Below, piece by piece: positions 19,774 to 29,078 of a DNA stretch of 64,000 bases. Both the position numbers and the translations under genes were made by a program. Numbering within the stretch: the stretch's first letter is position 1; each line of letters opens with the position of its first letter. The notes below the pieces were generated by a model. It worked only from the letters and a program-made list of their open reading frames with translations, was not told where the DNA came from and did no database searches. The stretch covers positions 248,001 through 312,000 of the IMG/VR virus record IMGVR_UViG_3300017991_000048, one strand, 5' to 3'.

Positions 19774-19959
19774 TCAGATAAAGGCCCAAAACTGACCCTC
19801 GATTTCTTTAGAATTCCGCTTGGTAAGCTTGACCTCTTTTATCGTTGGGCGGCCTGATCGAGACCTCGTTTCAAGCTTTAATGTTCTAGGCTTTGCGTCG
19901 GCGGCTTTGGCAAGAGCCTCTTCAAATGCTTTCCTTGGATTTCCCATGAAACACCTCAA
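19774..19959 (-). CDS. Small protein with NPRKAFEEALAKAA leader; probably continues by frameshift to 19629
   Basis: 61-aa ORF; the +1 frame after TTTT at 19788-19791 is open for 52 more codons. Confidence 0.55.
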   Translation of the reverse strand: MRCFMGNPRKAFEEALAKAADAKPRTLKLETRSRSGRPTIKEVKLTKRNSKEIEGQFWAFI

Positions 19960-20939
19960 ACCCGTAACTGCTTATTGATAAATTCCATTTCTTCCCGTGA
20001 GAGCTTTGCCCGGTCGCCTCGCTCTATCCACAAACTATACTGAGTGCGTTCCCCGGAAGAATAATCTTGTTCATCTTCACTAATAAGCCAATCGTGTGCC
20101 GGGTTGGGGTGGCTTGACGACCACTCTATCCAACTTTTATAGCTCACATCACTATCATCTAAAAGCTCTTCCAGGGTGTCAAACTTTTCACTTTTACGGA
20201 TAAGCCAGCCTCTGTCATCGGTATCGCCAGCTTCGATAGCCTCTTCGTCCCATGTCTCATAGGTCATCTTGAAGTAATAACCCTTCCACTGACGAGCTAG
20301 CTTTGGATCTCTAAGTTCTAACTGCTCTAAATCGTCATCGTCAAGAACAATGATATCCGCTGTATTAACCGCTGTTTTTTCCAAGGCTTCTTCAAATGCT
20401 TTTCTTGGGTTTGTCATTGCTGTCTTACCTTTCTCACGCTGCTCCCATAATTCTGCGTGAGTATCATAAAGATCGGCGCTCAATTCATCAAGATCGCCGC
20501 CTCTAGCCCCATAAGAAGTAGCCATGTTTTGTACCTCTATCGCAACGTCGGCAAAATACTCAAACATATCCATTGCATCTTTTTTCTGAACGGCCCTACT
20601 GAAGTTATTAACAGCCTTTGCCAAATCACGTAACGCACGATCACCGCTCCCGCTGTGCCACTCATAATCCCACGGGGACTCCGACGCTCTGTAAAGATCA
20701 TCCACTACTTTACTGGTTATATTAGTGTTCCTCCACCCAATAGCTTTCAAAGCCATCGTACAGCTATCCGCAATGTCACTCAGAAGTCTCAGCCCTTTTT
20801 CTGTGTCTACTGGGCCACCTAGCTCTTTAACCTCTTTCTCCATCTCCCGCGCCCACCTCGCCAACTGCGACCAATTAATATCTCGGTCGCTGGACACTTT
20901 GGAAAGAGCTTTTTCAAATGCTTTACGCGGGTTCGTCAT
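19956..20939 (-). CDS. Two-module protein, each module starting with MTNPRKAFE
   Basis: N-terminal MTNPRKAFEKALSKVS; internal KTA-MTNPRKAFEEALEKTA (ATG at 20417). Confidence 0.8.
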   Translation of the reverse strand: MTNPRKAFEKALSKVSSDRDINWSQLARWAREMEKEVKELGGPVDTEKGLRLLSDIADSCTMALKAIGWRNTNITSKVVDDLYRASESPWDYEWHSGSGDRALRDLAKAVNNFSRAVQKKDAMDMFEYFADVAIEVQNMATSYGARGGDLDELSADLYDTHAELWEQREKGKTAMTNPRKAFEEALEKTAVNTADIIVLDDDDLEQLELRDPKLARQWKGYYFKMTYETWDEEAIEAGDTDDRGWLIRKSEKFDTLEELLDDSDVSYKSWIEWSSSHPNPAHDWLISEDEQDYSSGERTQYSLWIERGDRAKLSREEMEFINKQLRV

Positions 20940-20948
20940 TACAGTCTC

Positions 20949-23900
20949 CTAGTCCTCTTCTAAAACTCGCTGCTTGATATGATCCTTCGCATCTTTATCG
21001 AGATCTTCCCAATCAACGCCCTTACCCAAATGCTTACCTTCTTTGGCTTCACCCCACTGCGAGATGCTGCCACCGCCGCGACCCGCTCCAAACCCAAGTG
21101 ACATCTTGTAGCCAGGGTTAACGCTCGCGTCCCAGTCTTTACCGTCTACGATAACGGTGTACCGATCCGCCGTTTCTCCCCCATTATCATACACACGGAT
21201 CTTTGTGCCCTTCGCCAGTTCATGTGTCTTGGGCTTGCCTCTTCGGGTCTTCTTGGCCTTGGGTTTCTCTTCCTTAGGCTTTTCCTCCTTCTTATCCTCG
21301 CCTACGGCACTATACTCGCCCTTCTTTAGATCATCACCCCAGACATGAAAAGTCATATCTTCGGGCATTCTCTTTTCTTCGGGATTATTAGGATTTACAA
21401 AATGCCCTTCAAACCCTGGAGAAGGCTTGCCCTTGACTTTGGTCACACGGACGACATTAACTGTCCCACGCTCTTTGTTCTCTTGAACCAGAAGCTGTCC
21501 GTCTTTTACATCCTCCAACTTTGTAACGGGGTTGCCTTTCTTCAGCGAACCCAAACCAGAGCCTTTGCCCTTGGGTTGGTCGTCAGCTTTTCCTTTTTCC
21601 TTGGGCTTGCCCTCTTCTTTAACCTTGGAAGGCTCCTGCTTTTTTACAGTATGCCTCTTGGGGTCAGCCTTGGGGTGCTTTTGCAAGTACTTTTTCCGAG
21701 CCTCCTCTGTCGGGAATACAATAGCCGTTTTTTCGATGGCTTCTCTTACAATTTGTGTGAAGCTTGTCTCGGAAGCGCTCTTATGTAAGGCCATCCATGT
21801 ATCGTGTGAGTTTTCTGCCCTCATGCCCTCGAAGACAAGGTTATCTTTGAGAGCCTGTCTAAGATTCCTGTTTATAATTCTAAGAGCCTCATCAGGGCCT
21901 ATCTTGCCCATTTCCAAATGAATCAAAGCGTAAACAATGTCTTGCCCCGCTCCAACAATATAGTCAGCGCCACGGGTATGCCCCATCGCAAAACCCCAAC
22001 GTTCTAAAACTTCAGGGTCCATTATCCGCCTGGATCTTACATCTCGTTCAAGATCCTTCAAAAGCGTGTACGGACCAGCAGCGGCTGCTTTTCCAAGACC
22101 CAAGGCTTGCTCAAAAGCCTCTCTCGGATTGAATGCCGTCTTCTCAGGCCCACGCCAGAATGTGGTGCCTTCAATCCTGTCTTTCAGCGCAGCACAGAAA
22201 GCTCCGGTGTCAGATACCTTACCCTCCATCTTCTTCATGCACTTCTTGACATCACCGCCTACAGACTTCCAGAACTTCTTACGACTCTCGTCAGTCCAGC
22301 CCTTCGGCATTTTTTCCCACTTATCGGCAAAGACTTCCGATGCAGCAATCTTATCTACCCTTAAATCGATCATCTTCTTGGCACACGGAAGACAAATGTC
22401 AGCCACCTCTTCCGCCGTCAGGTAGAAATCCTCCTGGTCGTCTCGGACCTTGCCCAGAGCCTCTTCAAATGCTTTTCTCGGATTACCCATGGATGTCTCC
22501 TTTGCCTTCCCAAGCTCTGTCCTGGCTGTCTTGCCAAAGGATGCCCTCTTGTGTATTGCCCATTCTCGCACTCTACTTCTCTCAAGCTTGTCAAGTATTT
22601 CATCTACTTTATTATACAACCAAGGAGTTGGTCTTGTGTACCGAGCACCAACTTGCCCCTTTGCAGGTGCCAACAAAACTCCCTTTGGTCCAGCGTTCAA
22701 AGCGATATCCGCAGCTTGGAATATCCCTTGAGCAGCGCTTAATCCTAAATCATAAGGAGGGACTCGAAGATCCCTTACATGGCGGACTTCATTATTAATA
22801 ATCTTGGTTGTTATCTCTTCCGCCAACTCTGACATAAGTTTGGAAATTTTCAGTGTCTCTTCAAACGCCACTCGCGGGTTGGAAGAGGCTTGTTTTTCGC
22901 TGTATGTTGCCAGACTTACCGTATGCATCAGGTGTTCATAAGGCGCTTTCAAGTCTTTGGCTCGATGCTCGTAACCGTATCCAGCCATAGGAGCCAAAGG
23001 GTCATCCTTGGGCTTTTTGCCCTCGTCTTTTTCCGGTTTTTTGGGCTTCTCTTCCGGTTTCTTCTTCTCTGGCCCGGATAGTTGCCGTAATTGTTTCACT
23101 AAACTATCACGAAGCTTTTCATCTTCTTTATTATCCGCTGGAAGCCCCTCAAATTCTTTTGCTGCCTCTTCAAGCCGTTTATGAGGAAAAGCCTTTCCAG
23201 CCGACAAATGAGAACCAACTTCATTGATGGCAGGTGTTCCAGGTCCCTGCCACTGTTGGATTTCACCGCCTAAGTCCTTGTGCTTTTGGGAGGGTTCAAA
23301 CTTTTTGTCCGTAGGTTCCTCTTTTTTGACCGTATGTTTCTTGGGGTCGGCTTTGGGGTGCTCCTGGAGATACTTTTTCCGGGCCTCTTCCGTTGGGAAC
23401 TCCATGGCTAGTCTTACAGCCTCTGCAAACACAGAGGCTTCCTTCTGAGGCTTTAGAGCCTTGATCCTCTGTTGGAGTTCTTCAACATTACGTTTCATTC
23501 TCTTGATGTCCTTCTGAAGCTCTGCCTTTTCCTTCTTGGTAGCTTTCTCTAACCTCTCGCTGTCTTCACTGATTGCCTTTTCGATCTTCTTGATCTGGTC
23601 TTCAAGCCGAGCTACTTGGTACTCCTTTTCCCGCTTCGGACGCTTTCTAACTTCTTTCTTCTCAACAGTGTGGTGACTGGGGTCGGCTTTGGGATGCTCT
23701 CTGAGGTACTTATTCCGAGCCTTCTGGGAAGGATGGACCTTGGCCGTCAAAACTTGCTCAAACGCCTCAACAGCTAACTTTGAAATCATCCGCTTTTTAT
23801 TACGGATCACTTCCTCAAGACCCTTTACCACGGACTGGGCTCCCGATAGTGTCAGGTTTTCAACCTCTTTACCAGCCTTCAGGTCAGTGACGGCCTTACG

Positions 23901-23990
23901 CATTTCCGCAAGATTCTTCTCATCTCGCTTCAGAGCGGCTTCCCACTCAGACTTGGAAATTTCCAAAGCTACTTTTTCCCGTGTTATCAT
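20949..23990 (-). CDS. 1013-aa lysine-rich multi-module protein with internal leader motifs
   Basis: Internal NPRVAFEE, MGNPRKAFEEALGK, NPREAFEQAL; three HPKADPxxHTV modules; many K/R-x-A sites. Confidence 0.85.
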   Translation of the reverse strand: MITREKVALEISKSEWEAALKRDEKNLAEMRKAVTDLKAGKEVENLTLSGAQSVVKGLEEVIRNKKRMISKLAVEAFEQVLTAKVHPSQKARNKYLREHPKADPSHHTVEKKEVRKRPKREKEYQVARLEDQIKKIEKAISEDSERLEKATKKEKAELQKDIKRMKRNVEELQQRIKALKPQKEASVFAEAVRLAMEFPTEEARKKYLQEHPKADPKKHTVKKEEPTDKKFEPSQKHKDLGGEIQQWQGPGTPAINEVGSHLSAGKAFPHKRLEEAAKEFEGLPADNKEDEKLRDSLVKQLRQLSGPEKKKPEEKPKKPEKDEGKKPKDDPLAPMAGYGYEHRAKDLKAPYEHLMHTVSLATYSEKQASSNPRVAFEETLKISKLMSELAEEITTKIINNEVRHVRDLRVPPYDLGLSAAQGIFQAADIALNAGPKGVLLAPAKGQVGARYTRPTPWLYNKVDEILDKLERSRVREWAIHKRASFGKTARTELGKAKETSMGNPRKAFEEALGKVRDDQEDFYLTAEEVADICLPCAKKMIDLRVDKIAASEVFADKWEKMPKGWTDESRKKFWKSVGGDVKKCMKKMEGKVSDTGAFCAALKDRIEGTTFWRGPEKTAFNPREAFEQALGLGKAAAAGPYTLLKDLERDVRSRRIMDPEVLERWGFAMGHTRGADYIVGAGQDIVYALIHLEMGKIGPDEALRIINRNLRQALKDNLVFEGMRAENSHDTWMALHKSASETSFTQIVREAIEKTAIVFPTEEARKKYLQKHPKADPKRHTVKKQEPSKVKEEGKPKEKGKADDQPKGKGSGLGSLKKGNPVTKLEDVKDGQLLVQENKERGTVNVVRVTKVKGKPSPGFEGHFVNPNNPEEKRMPEDMTFHVWGDDLKKGEYSAVGEDKKEEKPKEEKPKAKKTRRGKPKTHELAKGTKIRVYDNGGETADRYTVIVDGKDWDASVNPGYKMSLGFGAGRGGGSISQWGEAKEGKHLGKGVDWEDLDKDAKDHIKQRVLEED

Positions 23991-23993
23991 TGT

Positions 23994-24452
23994 CTACCTC
24001 GCGCTCAACCCTACATCCTGTTGTTGCCACTCAATGGCTTTCAAAAGCTTCTCCGCTCTCGGTGCAAAAGCTGTCTTGAGTTTCCGCAAGCTGTCTCCGT
24101 AATCCCCCGTCTTGAGGTCGAAATCTCGGTTGAATTTTCTCATCACAGCGTTGTTATTATTCCTTACCTCTGACCAAGGCCCTAAAGTCTGAAAAAGTAT
24201 ACTCATGGTTCTTGGGGTTATCTCAATATAAAAACGTCCTGTCTTGCTTCTAAGGTCTGTGCTCCAGACATCATAATCTCTGCTCCAACCCGCAACATCG
24301 ACCTTCCAATCATGTCCTAACTTTCGCGCCACATCCTCTACTGTTACTTTAAATCTGTCGTGTAAGCTTATACCTTCAGTAAATTCTTCATCGTAATAAA
24401 AGCCCGTCTTGGCTTGATAACGATCAACTACCCTGTCATTCATCCCAACCAT
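23994..24452 (-). CDS. Hypothetical protein with RVVDRYQAKTG leader
   Basis: 152 aa; probable start ATG 24443. Confidence 0.7.
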   Translation of the reverse strand: MVGMNDRVVDRYQAKTGFYYDEEFTEGISLHDRFKVTVEDVARKLGHDWKVDVAGWSRDYDVWSTDLRSKTGRFYIEITPRTMSILFQTLGPWSEVRNNNNAVMRKFNRDFDLKTGDYGDSLRKLKTAFAPRAEKLLKAIEWQQQDVGLSAR

Positions 24453-25191
24453 ATTTACAATACCGCTCCAGGGTGTCGCCCGTTACAGGGCACGAAATTG
24501 CGTCCAGAACCTGGAAATAACAATCCTCTTCCACTACAGGATCATTATAGGTTCTTTGATAACACCAGCGGACCATCCAAAGCCCCGGCTGGCCGCATTC
24601 CCCGGCTGTCCCGGTTACGTAATAACAGCCAAGTTTATGCTTGGCTGGTCGCTGGTTGCCCGGTCCTATTTGCTCCAGGGCACATCCGGGCTGCATCTGG
24701 TACATTGTGTAGCCTACGGCCTCAGGGTCGTAAGGTTTGCCACTGCCATCTATGACCGAATAAATCAGGTCGCCCCATGTAAATATATGACCCCACCGGA
24801 AACCCACCGATACTACCGGAGCCTCGCAAATTGGCGGCGGAACATGGACAACATCCATGTAGGCTGTAACAACGGCAACCCCATAAATTGGGTCGTATTC
24901 CGAGAAATTCAGATGCCCCTCACCGTGGGTCTGACCCCGAACACCGACTCTCCGGAGCAAATCGGCTGTAACATTGCTCCCGCCGTCAGCTATGCCAGCG
25001 ATATCAGCTATGCTGTCATCGATCAAATCCCCCGCTCCGGTCACATGACCAGAGACATAAAAGACCCCGATTGTACTCCCGCCTACATTTGCTGCCCCAA
25101 CAATGGGATCAACGATATTATGAATCAGCGTAACCGAGCCGTTTACGCTCGCTGCACCTGTCGTTGTTCCGTCAATGTCATAAAGAGGCAT
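24436..25191 (-). CDS. Putative minor virion protein: Gly/Ala/Val beta-repeats plus Ig-like domain
   Basis: GAANVGG/GIADGG-type repeats; C-domain (FRWGHIF..GDL...GCYYV...GLWMVRWCY) similar to the N-domain of 18686..19606. Confidence 0.55.
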   Translation of the reverse strand: MPLYDIDGTTTGAASVNGSVTLIHNIVDPIVGAANVGGSTIGVFYVSGHVTGAGDLIDDSIADIAGIADGGSNVTADLLRRVGVRGQTHGEGHLNFSEYDPIYGVAVVTAYMDVVHVPPPICEAPVVSVGFRWGHIFTWGDLIYSVIDGSGKPYDPEAVGYTMYQMQPGCALEQIGPGNQRPAKHKLGCYYVTGTAGECGQPGLWMVRWCYQRTYNDPVVEEDCYFQVLDAISCPVTGDTLERYCKYGWDE

Positions 25192-25203
25192 TCCATCTCG
25201 ATC

Positions 25204-25476
25204 CTACAACTTATTTACGCTGGCCTTTAACTTAGCCGGGGTGAAATGGCCTTTATTATCAGCCCATACAATGTGGATAACATTGTTTTCGCCCACACCT
25301 ATAAAAAGGCCCATTGCCCCTCCGACAGCCGTAACTAAGGTTCCCGCAGTAATATCCCCCTGGCCTTTATACCTCTTGACCCCTTGCTGTTTGGCAAGTT
25401 GCTTGTCGAGAGTGTCCTTCAGTCCTGCGACTTTCTGAGCGCCCAGAGCCTGTTCAAATGCTTTACGAGGGTTCAT
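25204..25476 (-). CDS. Small protein with NPRKAFEQALGAQKVA leader
   Basis: 90-aa ORF, GGAG SD. Confidence 0.7.
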   Translation of the reverse strand: MNPRKAFEQALGAQKVAGLKDTLDKQLAKQQGVKRYKGQGDITAGTLVTAVGGAMGLFIGVGENNVIHIVWADNKGHFTPAKLKASVNKL

Positions 25477-25490
25477 GCCAAACTCCTATT

Positions 25491-25874
25491 CTAAATAATG
25501 CCGAAAACAAGCATCCAGGACGGAGCCCCATCTGGCCCGATGCCGTCCGGTTCAACTCTTTTGCCAGTAACGGACTTGGCAACACCGTCAAACATCCACT
25601 TCTCCATTACTCTTATCGACGGAGGTCTGGAAATACCAGAGACGTAGTTATGTAAATTTTCCGTGTGTACGGTGACCATATTACCAGCATCGTCCGTGAG
25701 TTCCGTTCGGGCTCCTGAACGACCGGGCCAACTCAAACTAACCCTGGACCCGCTCTCAATCGAATCGCCTCTTTTGTTCGCAACGTCTCTTTTAAGCCTG
25801 TAAGAACGGGCCTCAACGATTCTTTCGTGGGCCTGTTTGTTTATGGCTTCTTCAAATGCTTTACGAGGGTTCAT
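25491..25874 (-). CDS. Protein with NPRKAFEEAINKQA leader
   Basis: 127-aa ORF. Confidence 0.7.
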   Translation of the reverse strand: MNPRKAFEEAINKQAHERIVEARSYRLKRDVANKRGDSIESGSRVSLSWPGRSGARTELTDDAGNMVTVHTENLHNYVSGISRPPSIRVMEKWMFDGVAKSVTGKRVEPDGIGPDGAPSWMLVFGII

Positions 25875-25875
25875 T

Positions 25876-26259
25876 TTAGGTCTCCTGGACTATCAGTTGT
25901 CCTGCGGGGAATCTAACTTGATCTGAGGCCAGAATCAGCCGTGGTGTGCTCAGAGTGCCGTAATACATCATGTTACCACCGGCACTCGCATCCAAAAGAG
26001 CAAAAGCCTCGATGGTTCCCCACGTTGCCGTGGCAACCGGGAACAGTATCTCGCCCGTGTTTGACGACTGTCCGTTAACAGGGACCGTGACCGTCACTAA
26101 CTGCCGCCCATACCCGCCACCAGAAACCTCAGTGCCACCACCAGCAGGGGTGGGAGTCGCTGTATAGAGCGCCACGTAAACCAGCGCGGGAGACGTATAC
26201 GGGGTGTTCCGGAGAGCCGCGTTTACGAAGTTGTCACTGAGATAATATGTCTTTGGCAT
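25876..26259 (-). CDS. Minor tail/fibre-associated protein, paralogue of 28063..28449
   Basis: VYVALYT..PT...GTEVSGGGYGRQ...FPVATATWGT...GNMMYYG pattern. Confidence 0.7.
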   Translation of the reverse strand: MPKTYYLSDNFVNAALRNTPYTSPALVYVALYTATPTPAGGGTEVSGGGYGRQLVTVTVPVNGQSSNTGEILFPVATATWGTIEAFALLDASAGGNMMYYGTLSTPRLILASDQVRFPAGQLIVQET

Positions 26260-26267
26260 TTAGACCC

Positions 26268-26894
26268 TCACATCCAGAATTTCTTATCCGATAGCTCCAC
26301 TCCCGGCATCCGTTGAGCTTTCGCTTTCAATACCTGTGCCTTGCCAGGACCGATTCGCCCTGACCAGCGGTAACCTATTCTTACGGTTCCAGAGTAATCT
26401 GTTCCGTTGCAGTTGAGCCTTCCGGGTCTCAAATCCGTAAAGTCTGGACCCACTACGAGAGCATTGGCAATTTTCCGGACAACCTTGACCGCATCATCTA
26501 TCCGCCGTTTCGCGTCGGCGGGGTCCATACCGGCAGACGCGATAGTTATGTTTGTCCAGAAGTAAGCGCCGTCTTTGTCCGCGTACATCACAACATCTGG
26601 AAAAGTCTCACCAAGAGTTATGGCTTGCTTTTTCAGGGTTTCTTCAAATGCTTTTCTGGGGTTAGCCGCCATGCCTTCGCTCTCCATTTTCTCAAGACGA
26701 GTATAATAATCAGACAATTCTGCAAGATGGTCTTTGGCTATCTCTTTTGCGATTGCCGGGTCGTCTGTGTGCTCCTTCTCAACCTCGATCCCCATCTCAA
26801 GTTGCTCTTTATCAAACTTGTCATCAGGGACATCAGTGTGCTTGCCCACGCCTTCTTTTTGTAACGCTTCTTCGTAAGCTCTGCGAGGGTCCAT
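26268..26894 (-). CDS. DUF5661-like domain protein with two leader motifs
   Basis: FDKEQLEMGIEVEKEHTDDPAIAKEIAKDHLAELSDYYTRL recalled as DUF5661; N-terminal DPRRAYEEAL and internal MAANPRKAFEETLKKQA. Confidence 0.7.
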   Translation of the reverse strand: MDPRRAYEEALQKEGVGKHTDVPDDKFDKEQLEMGIEVEKEHTDDPAIAKEIAKDHLAELSDYYTRLEKMESEGMAANPRKAFEETLKKQAITLGETFPDVVMYADKDGAYFWTNITIASAGMDPADAKRRIDDAVKVVRKIANALVVGPDFTDLRPGRLNCNGTDYSGTVRIGYRWSGRIGPGKAQVLKAKAQRMPGVELSDKKFWM

Positions 26895-26902
26895 AGTTTC
26901 AC

Positions 26903-27328
26903 CTATGTGCTACAGCCGCACCCATCCGATGGTCGGACAAATGAGGCCGTCAGACCTTGTGGAGTTTGCGGTGCCGTTTCTTTGACATCAAAGTCTTGAG
27001 CTAGAATCTGTTTTCCTGCGGGGTACGACAACATATTACGCCAATAGCCCAACATGTTTGGTCGAAACCTTATGTTATAAAATCCAGGGTCACTGGAGAT
27101 TTCATTCATGTAGATGTTGCCAGACACTACCTGAGCGTCGGTCACACCATCCCCAGAAATCAGGGGCCAGGGCTGAATAACATTATTGAAAAATAGGTGA
27201 GAAACTAAATCAGAAGGGATAAGCCCTATAGCCCGTGAGAACCCATCAGACAGGAAGAAATCAAACTGGTCCAATATCACCGTATTGGCTCGAACAACTC
27301 TTCCACGGGTAGTGTGCGCTGTTGTCAT
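26903..27328 (-). CDS. Hypothetical protein (Ig-like, probably virion)
   Basis: 141 aa; PGFYNIRF...GYWRNMLSY. Confidence 0.6.
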   Translation of the reverse strand: MTTAHTTRGRVVRANTVILDQFDFFLSDGFSRAIGLIPSDLVSHLFFNNVIQPWPLISGDGVTDAQVVSGNIYMNEISSDPGFYNIRFRPNMLGYWRNMLSYPAGKQILAQDFDVKETAPQTPQGLTASFVRPSDGCGCST

Positions 27329-27477
27329 TAGCCATTCTTCTTAGGAGTTTCCTGTGGACGACCTTGAGTACCCGCCGACGCAGAGCCTGAAAAGGCAGCC
27401 GACAGGGACACTCTTCTAACAGGGGCAGCAGAAGCTGATGACGATCCCTTGATTTCTATTTTCAATTCAACGACCAC
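27328..27477 (-). CDS. 49-aa Ser/Ala-rich ORF (not in ORF track)
   Basis: GAGG SD, GTG start, MVVELKIEIKGSSSASAAPVRRVSLSAAFSGSASAGTQGRPQETPKKNG; exactly fills the gap between neighbours. Confidence 0.5.
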   Translation of the reverse strand: MVVELKIEIKGSSSASAAPVRRVSLSAAFSGSASAGTQGRPQETPKKNG

Positions 27478-27989
27478 TATCGTTCCTCCTCACGACCTGT
27501 AACTGGGCCTACTGAAAACGATGGTGGGGGTGGCGCTGCTGGCACGATCCGAATAGTCGGCACAGTAATGGGCCTTGCCGTTGCAGGAATTTGTGGACCA
27601 CTCAAAGTGTTGGTTACAGTGATCCCTGCTGGATCGAATATAAAAATTGAGTTGCCAGCAGTTGTTAGTTCCGCACCAAGTAATAAGTCAATTGGAGCCG
27701 TGACAGACGAGTCACCGGCCATCAAAGTAGAGGCTTCGTAATCTACAGTAGCCGCCGCAGCCATGGAGGAATCGGCAACCATTGTAATGCTATCCTCATC
27801 GTAAATATCGACGTCAGCATAAATGGATGACTCGCCATCCATTGTAGAAGCTGCATCATATACAACTCCAGCCGCTCCTGAGAACGACGAGTCGCCGTTC
27901 ATCGTTGAGGCAGCCGCATAAACCGCAGCCGCTCCAGCGGTTACAGACGAGTCCGCATTTAAAGTAGCATCAGCTTCGATTACAGCCAT
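27477..27989 (-). CDS. Beta-repeat putative fibre/spike protein
   Basis: About 19-aa repeats of A.STM.GDSS..A...V.Y.A. Confidence 0.65.
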   Translation of the reverse strand: MAVIEADATLNADSSVTAGAAAVYAAASTMNGDSSFSGAAGVVYDAASTMDGESSIYADVDIYDEDSITMVADSSMAAAATVDYEASTLMAGDSSVTAPIDLLLGAELTTAGNSIFIFDPAGITVTNTLSGPQIPATARPITVPTIRIVPAAPPPPSFSVGPVTGREEER

Positions 27990-28017
27990 CAGTGGCCTCC
28001 ACTTTTAAAAGGTTTAA

Positions 28018-28046
28018 GAAAGGAGGGTCCAATGGACCCTCCTTCT
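28018..28046 (-). terminator. Intrinsic terminator-like hairpin
   Basis: AGGAGGGTCC-aat-GGACCCTCCT 10-bp stem with T-rich flanks, just after 28063..28449. Confidence 0.6.
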
Positions 28047-28062
28047 TTGGCCCCAACTTTGG

Positions 28063-28449
28063 CTAGGACTCGGTGACAGTGAGTGCCGAAGCAGCAAAGT
28101 TTAGCTGATCGCCAACACCCACAGTCTTGGAAGCGGTAAGATTCCCGAAATACAGGATATTACCAGCGGCGGCGGCATCGCAAACCGCAGCGGCTACCAC
28201 AGTGCCCCATGCACCGGTCGCTACCGGGAATGTGACAGGAGCTGAATTCGCAATGGAGCCAGCAGCGGCGGCTGCCCATGTGATCGACTGGCGAGCATAG
28301 GCACCACCAGCAACCTCGGTGCCAGCAGTCGTGGCGGTCGGAGCCACAGTGTAAAGGGCTGCGTAAACCGTTGCAGCCTGGACATACGGAGTGTTCCTCA
28401 ATACGTGATCAAGAAGAGCCGTGGATAGGGTTTGGTACTTAGCAGCCAT
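28063..28449 (-). CDS. Minor tail/fibre-associated protein, paralogue of 25876..26259
   Basis: VYAALYT..PT...GTEVAGGAYARQ...FPVATGAWGT...GNILYFG. Confidence 0.75.
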   Translation of the reverse strand: MAAKYQTLSTALLDHVLRNTPYVQAATVYAALYTVAPTATTAGTEVAGGAYARQSITWAAAAAGSIANSAPVTFPVATGAWGTVVAAAVCDAAAAGNILYFGNLTASKTVGVGDQLNFAASALTVTES

Positions 28450-28593
28450 AATAATTTTCCTTTGTTGTTAGGGCCATTATCAAGCCGAAAAATCGGCAGA
28501 TACAACTAAAGGATAAATCTAAAGATTAACGAGCTATGGGGGTGAGAAACGTAAGGTTCCTATCGGTCGTTGCTGCACACATGTACCTACAAG

Positions 28594-28836
28594 TCACACC
28601 ATGTGGCATACTGATTTCAGAGACTTGATATTGTGAGCGTAAGGTTGGGCCGCAACCTTGCCAGTGTTATTGAACCAAGCAGTTTTAAGTTCATCTATAT
28701 TTGCTATGGTCGTATCGAATACAAAATAGACCCGGTTATTCTCCCGGTCCGTCCTTACCATTTCTACGCCTGCTGTTTGCAGATATGCTGCAAAGTAGAG
28801 ATCGGGCGTCTTGAAGGTACTATTATTCTTTTTCAT
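28594..28836 (-). CDS. DUF5659-like small protein
   Basis: FKTPDLYFAAYLQTAG...RVYFVF pattern recalled as DUF5659. Confidence 0.65.
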   Translation of the reverse strand: MKKNNSTFKTPDLYFAAYLQTAGVEMVRTDRENNRVYFVFDTTIANIDELKTAWFNNTGKVAAQPYAHNIKSLKSVCHMV

Positions 28837-28865
28837 CTTTTCTGTTCCCTCTCAAGCACTGGTTT

Positions 28866-29078
28866 TTAAATACAAAACGCTTGCGCCATTAAACCTACAT
28901 CGTCTTTGGCCAACGAGCAGCCAAGCCTCAGCACCCCCTGCATCGACAGAACGACCGTGCCACCGCACAAGTGGCTTTTATGAGAGACGGTAAAGAATTC
29001 TAAGATGTGCGGCTTACTCTGGCCGCGCTTAGAACACTGCTTCTTTCCATCTATAATTGGAAGCTTTGGGGGTCTCAT
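28866..29078 (-). pseudogene. Possible decayed zinc-finger/endonuclease remnant
   Basis: KKQCSKRGQSKP...EFF resembles CxxC-finger starts of HNH/EndoVII enzymes with Cys to Arg (CGC); RSFCRCRGC lies in another frame. Confidence 0.25.
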
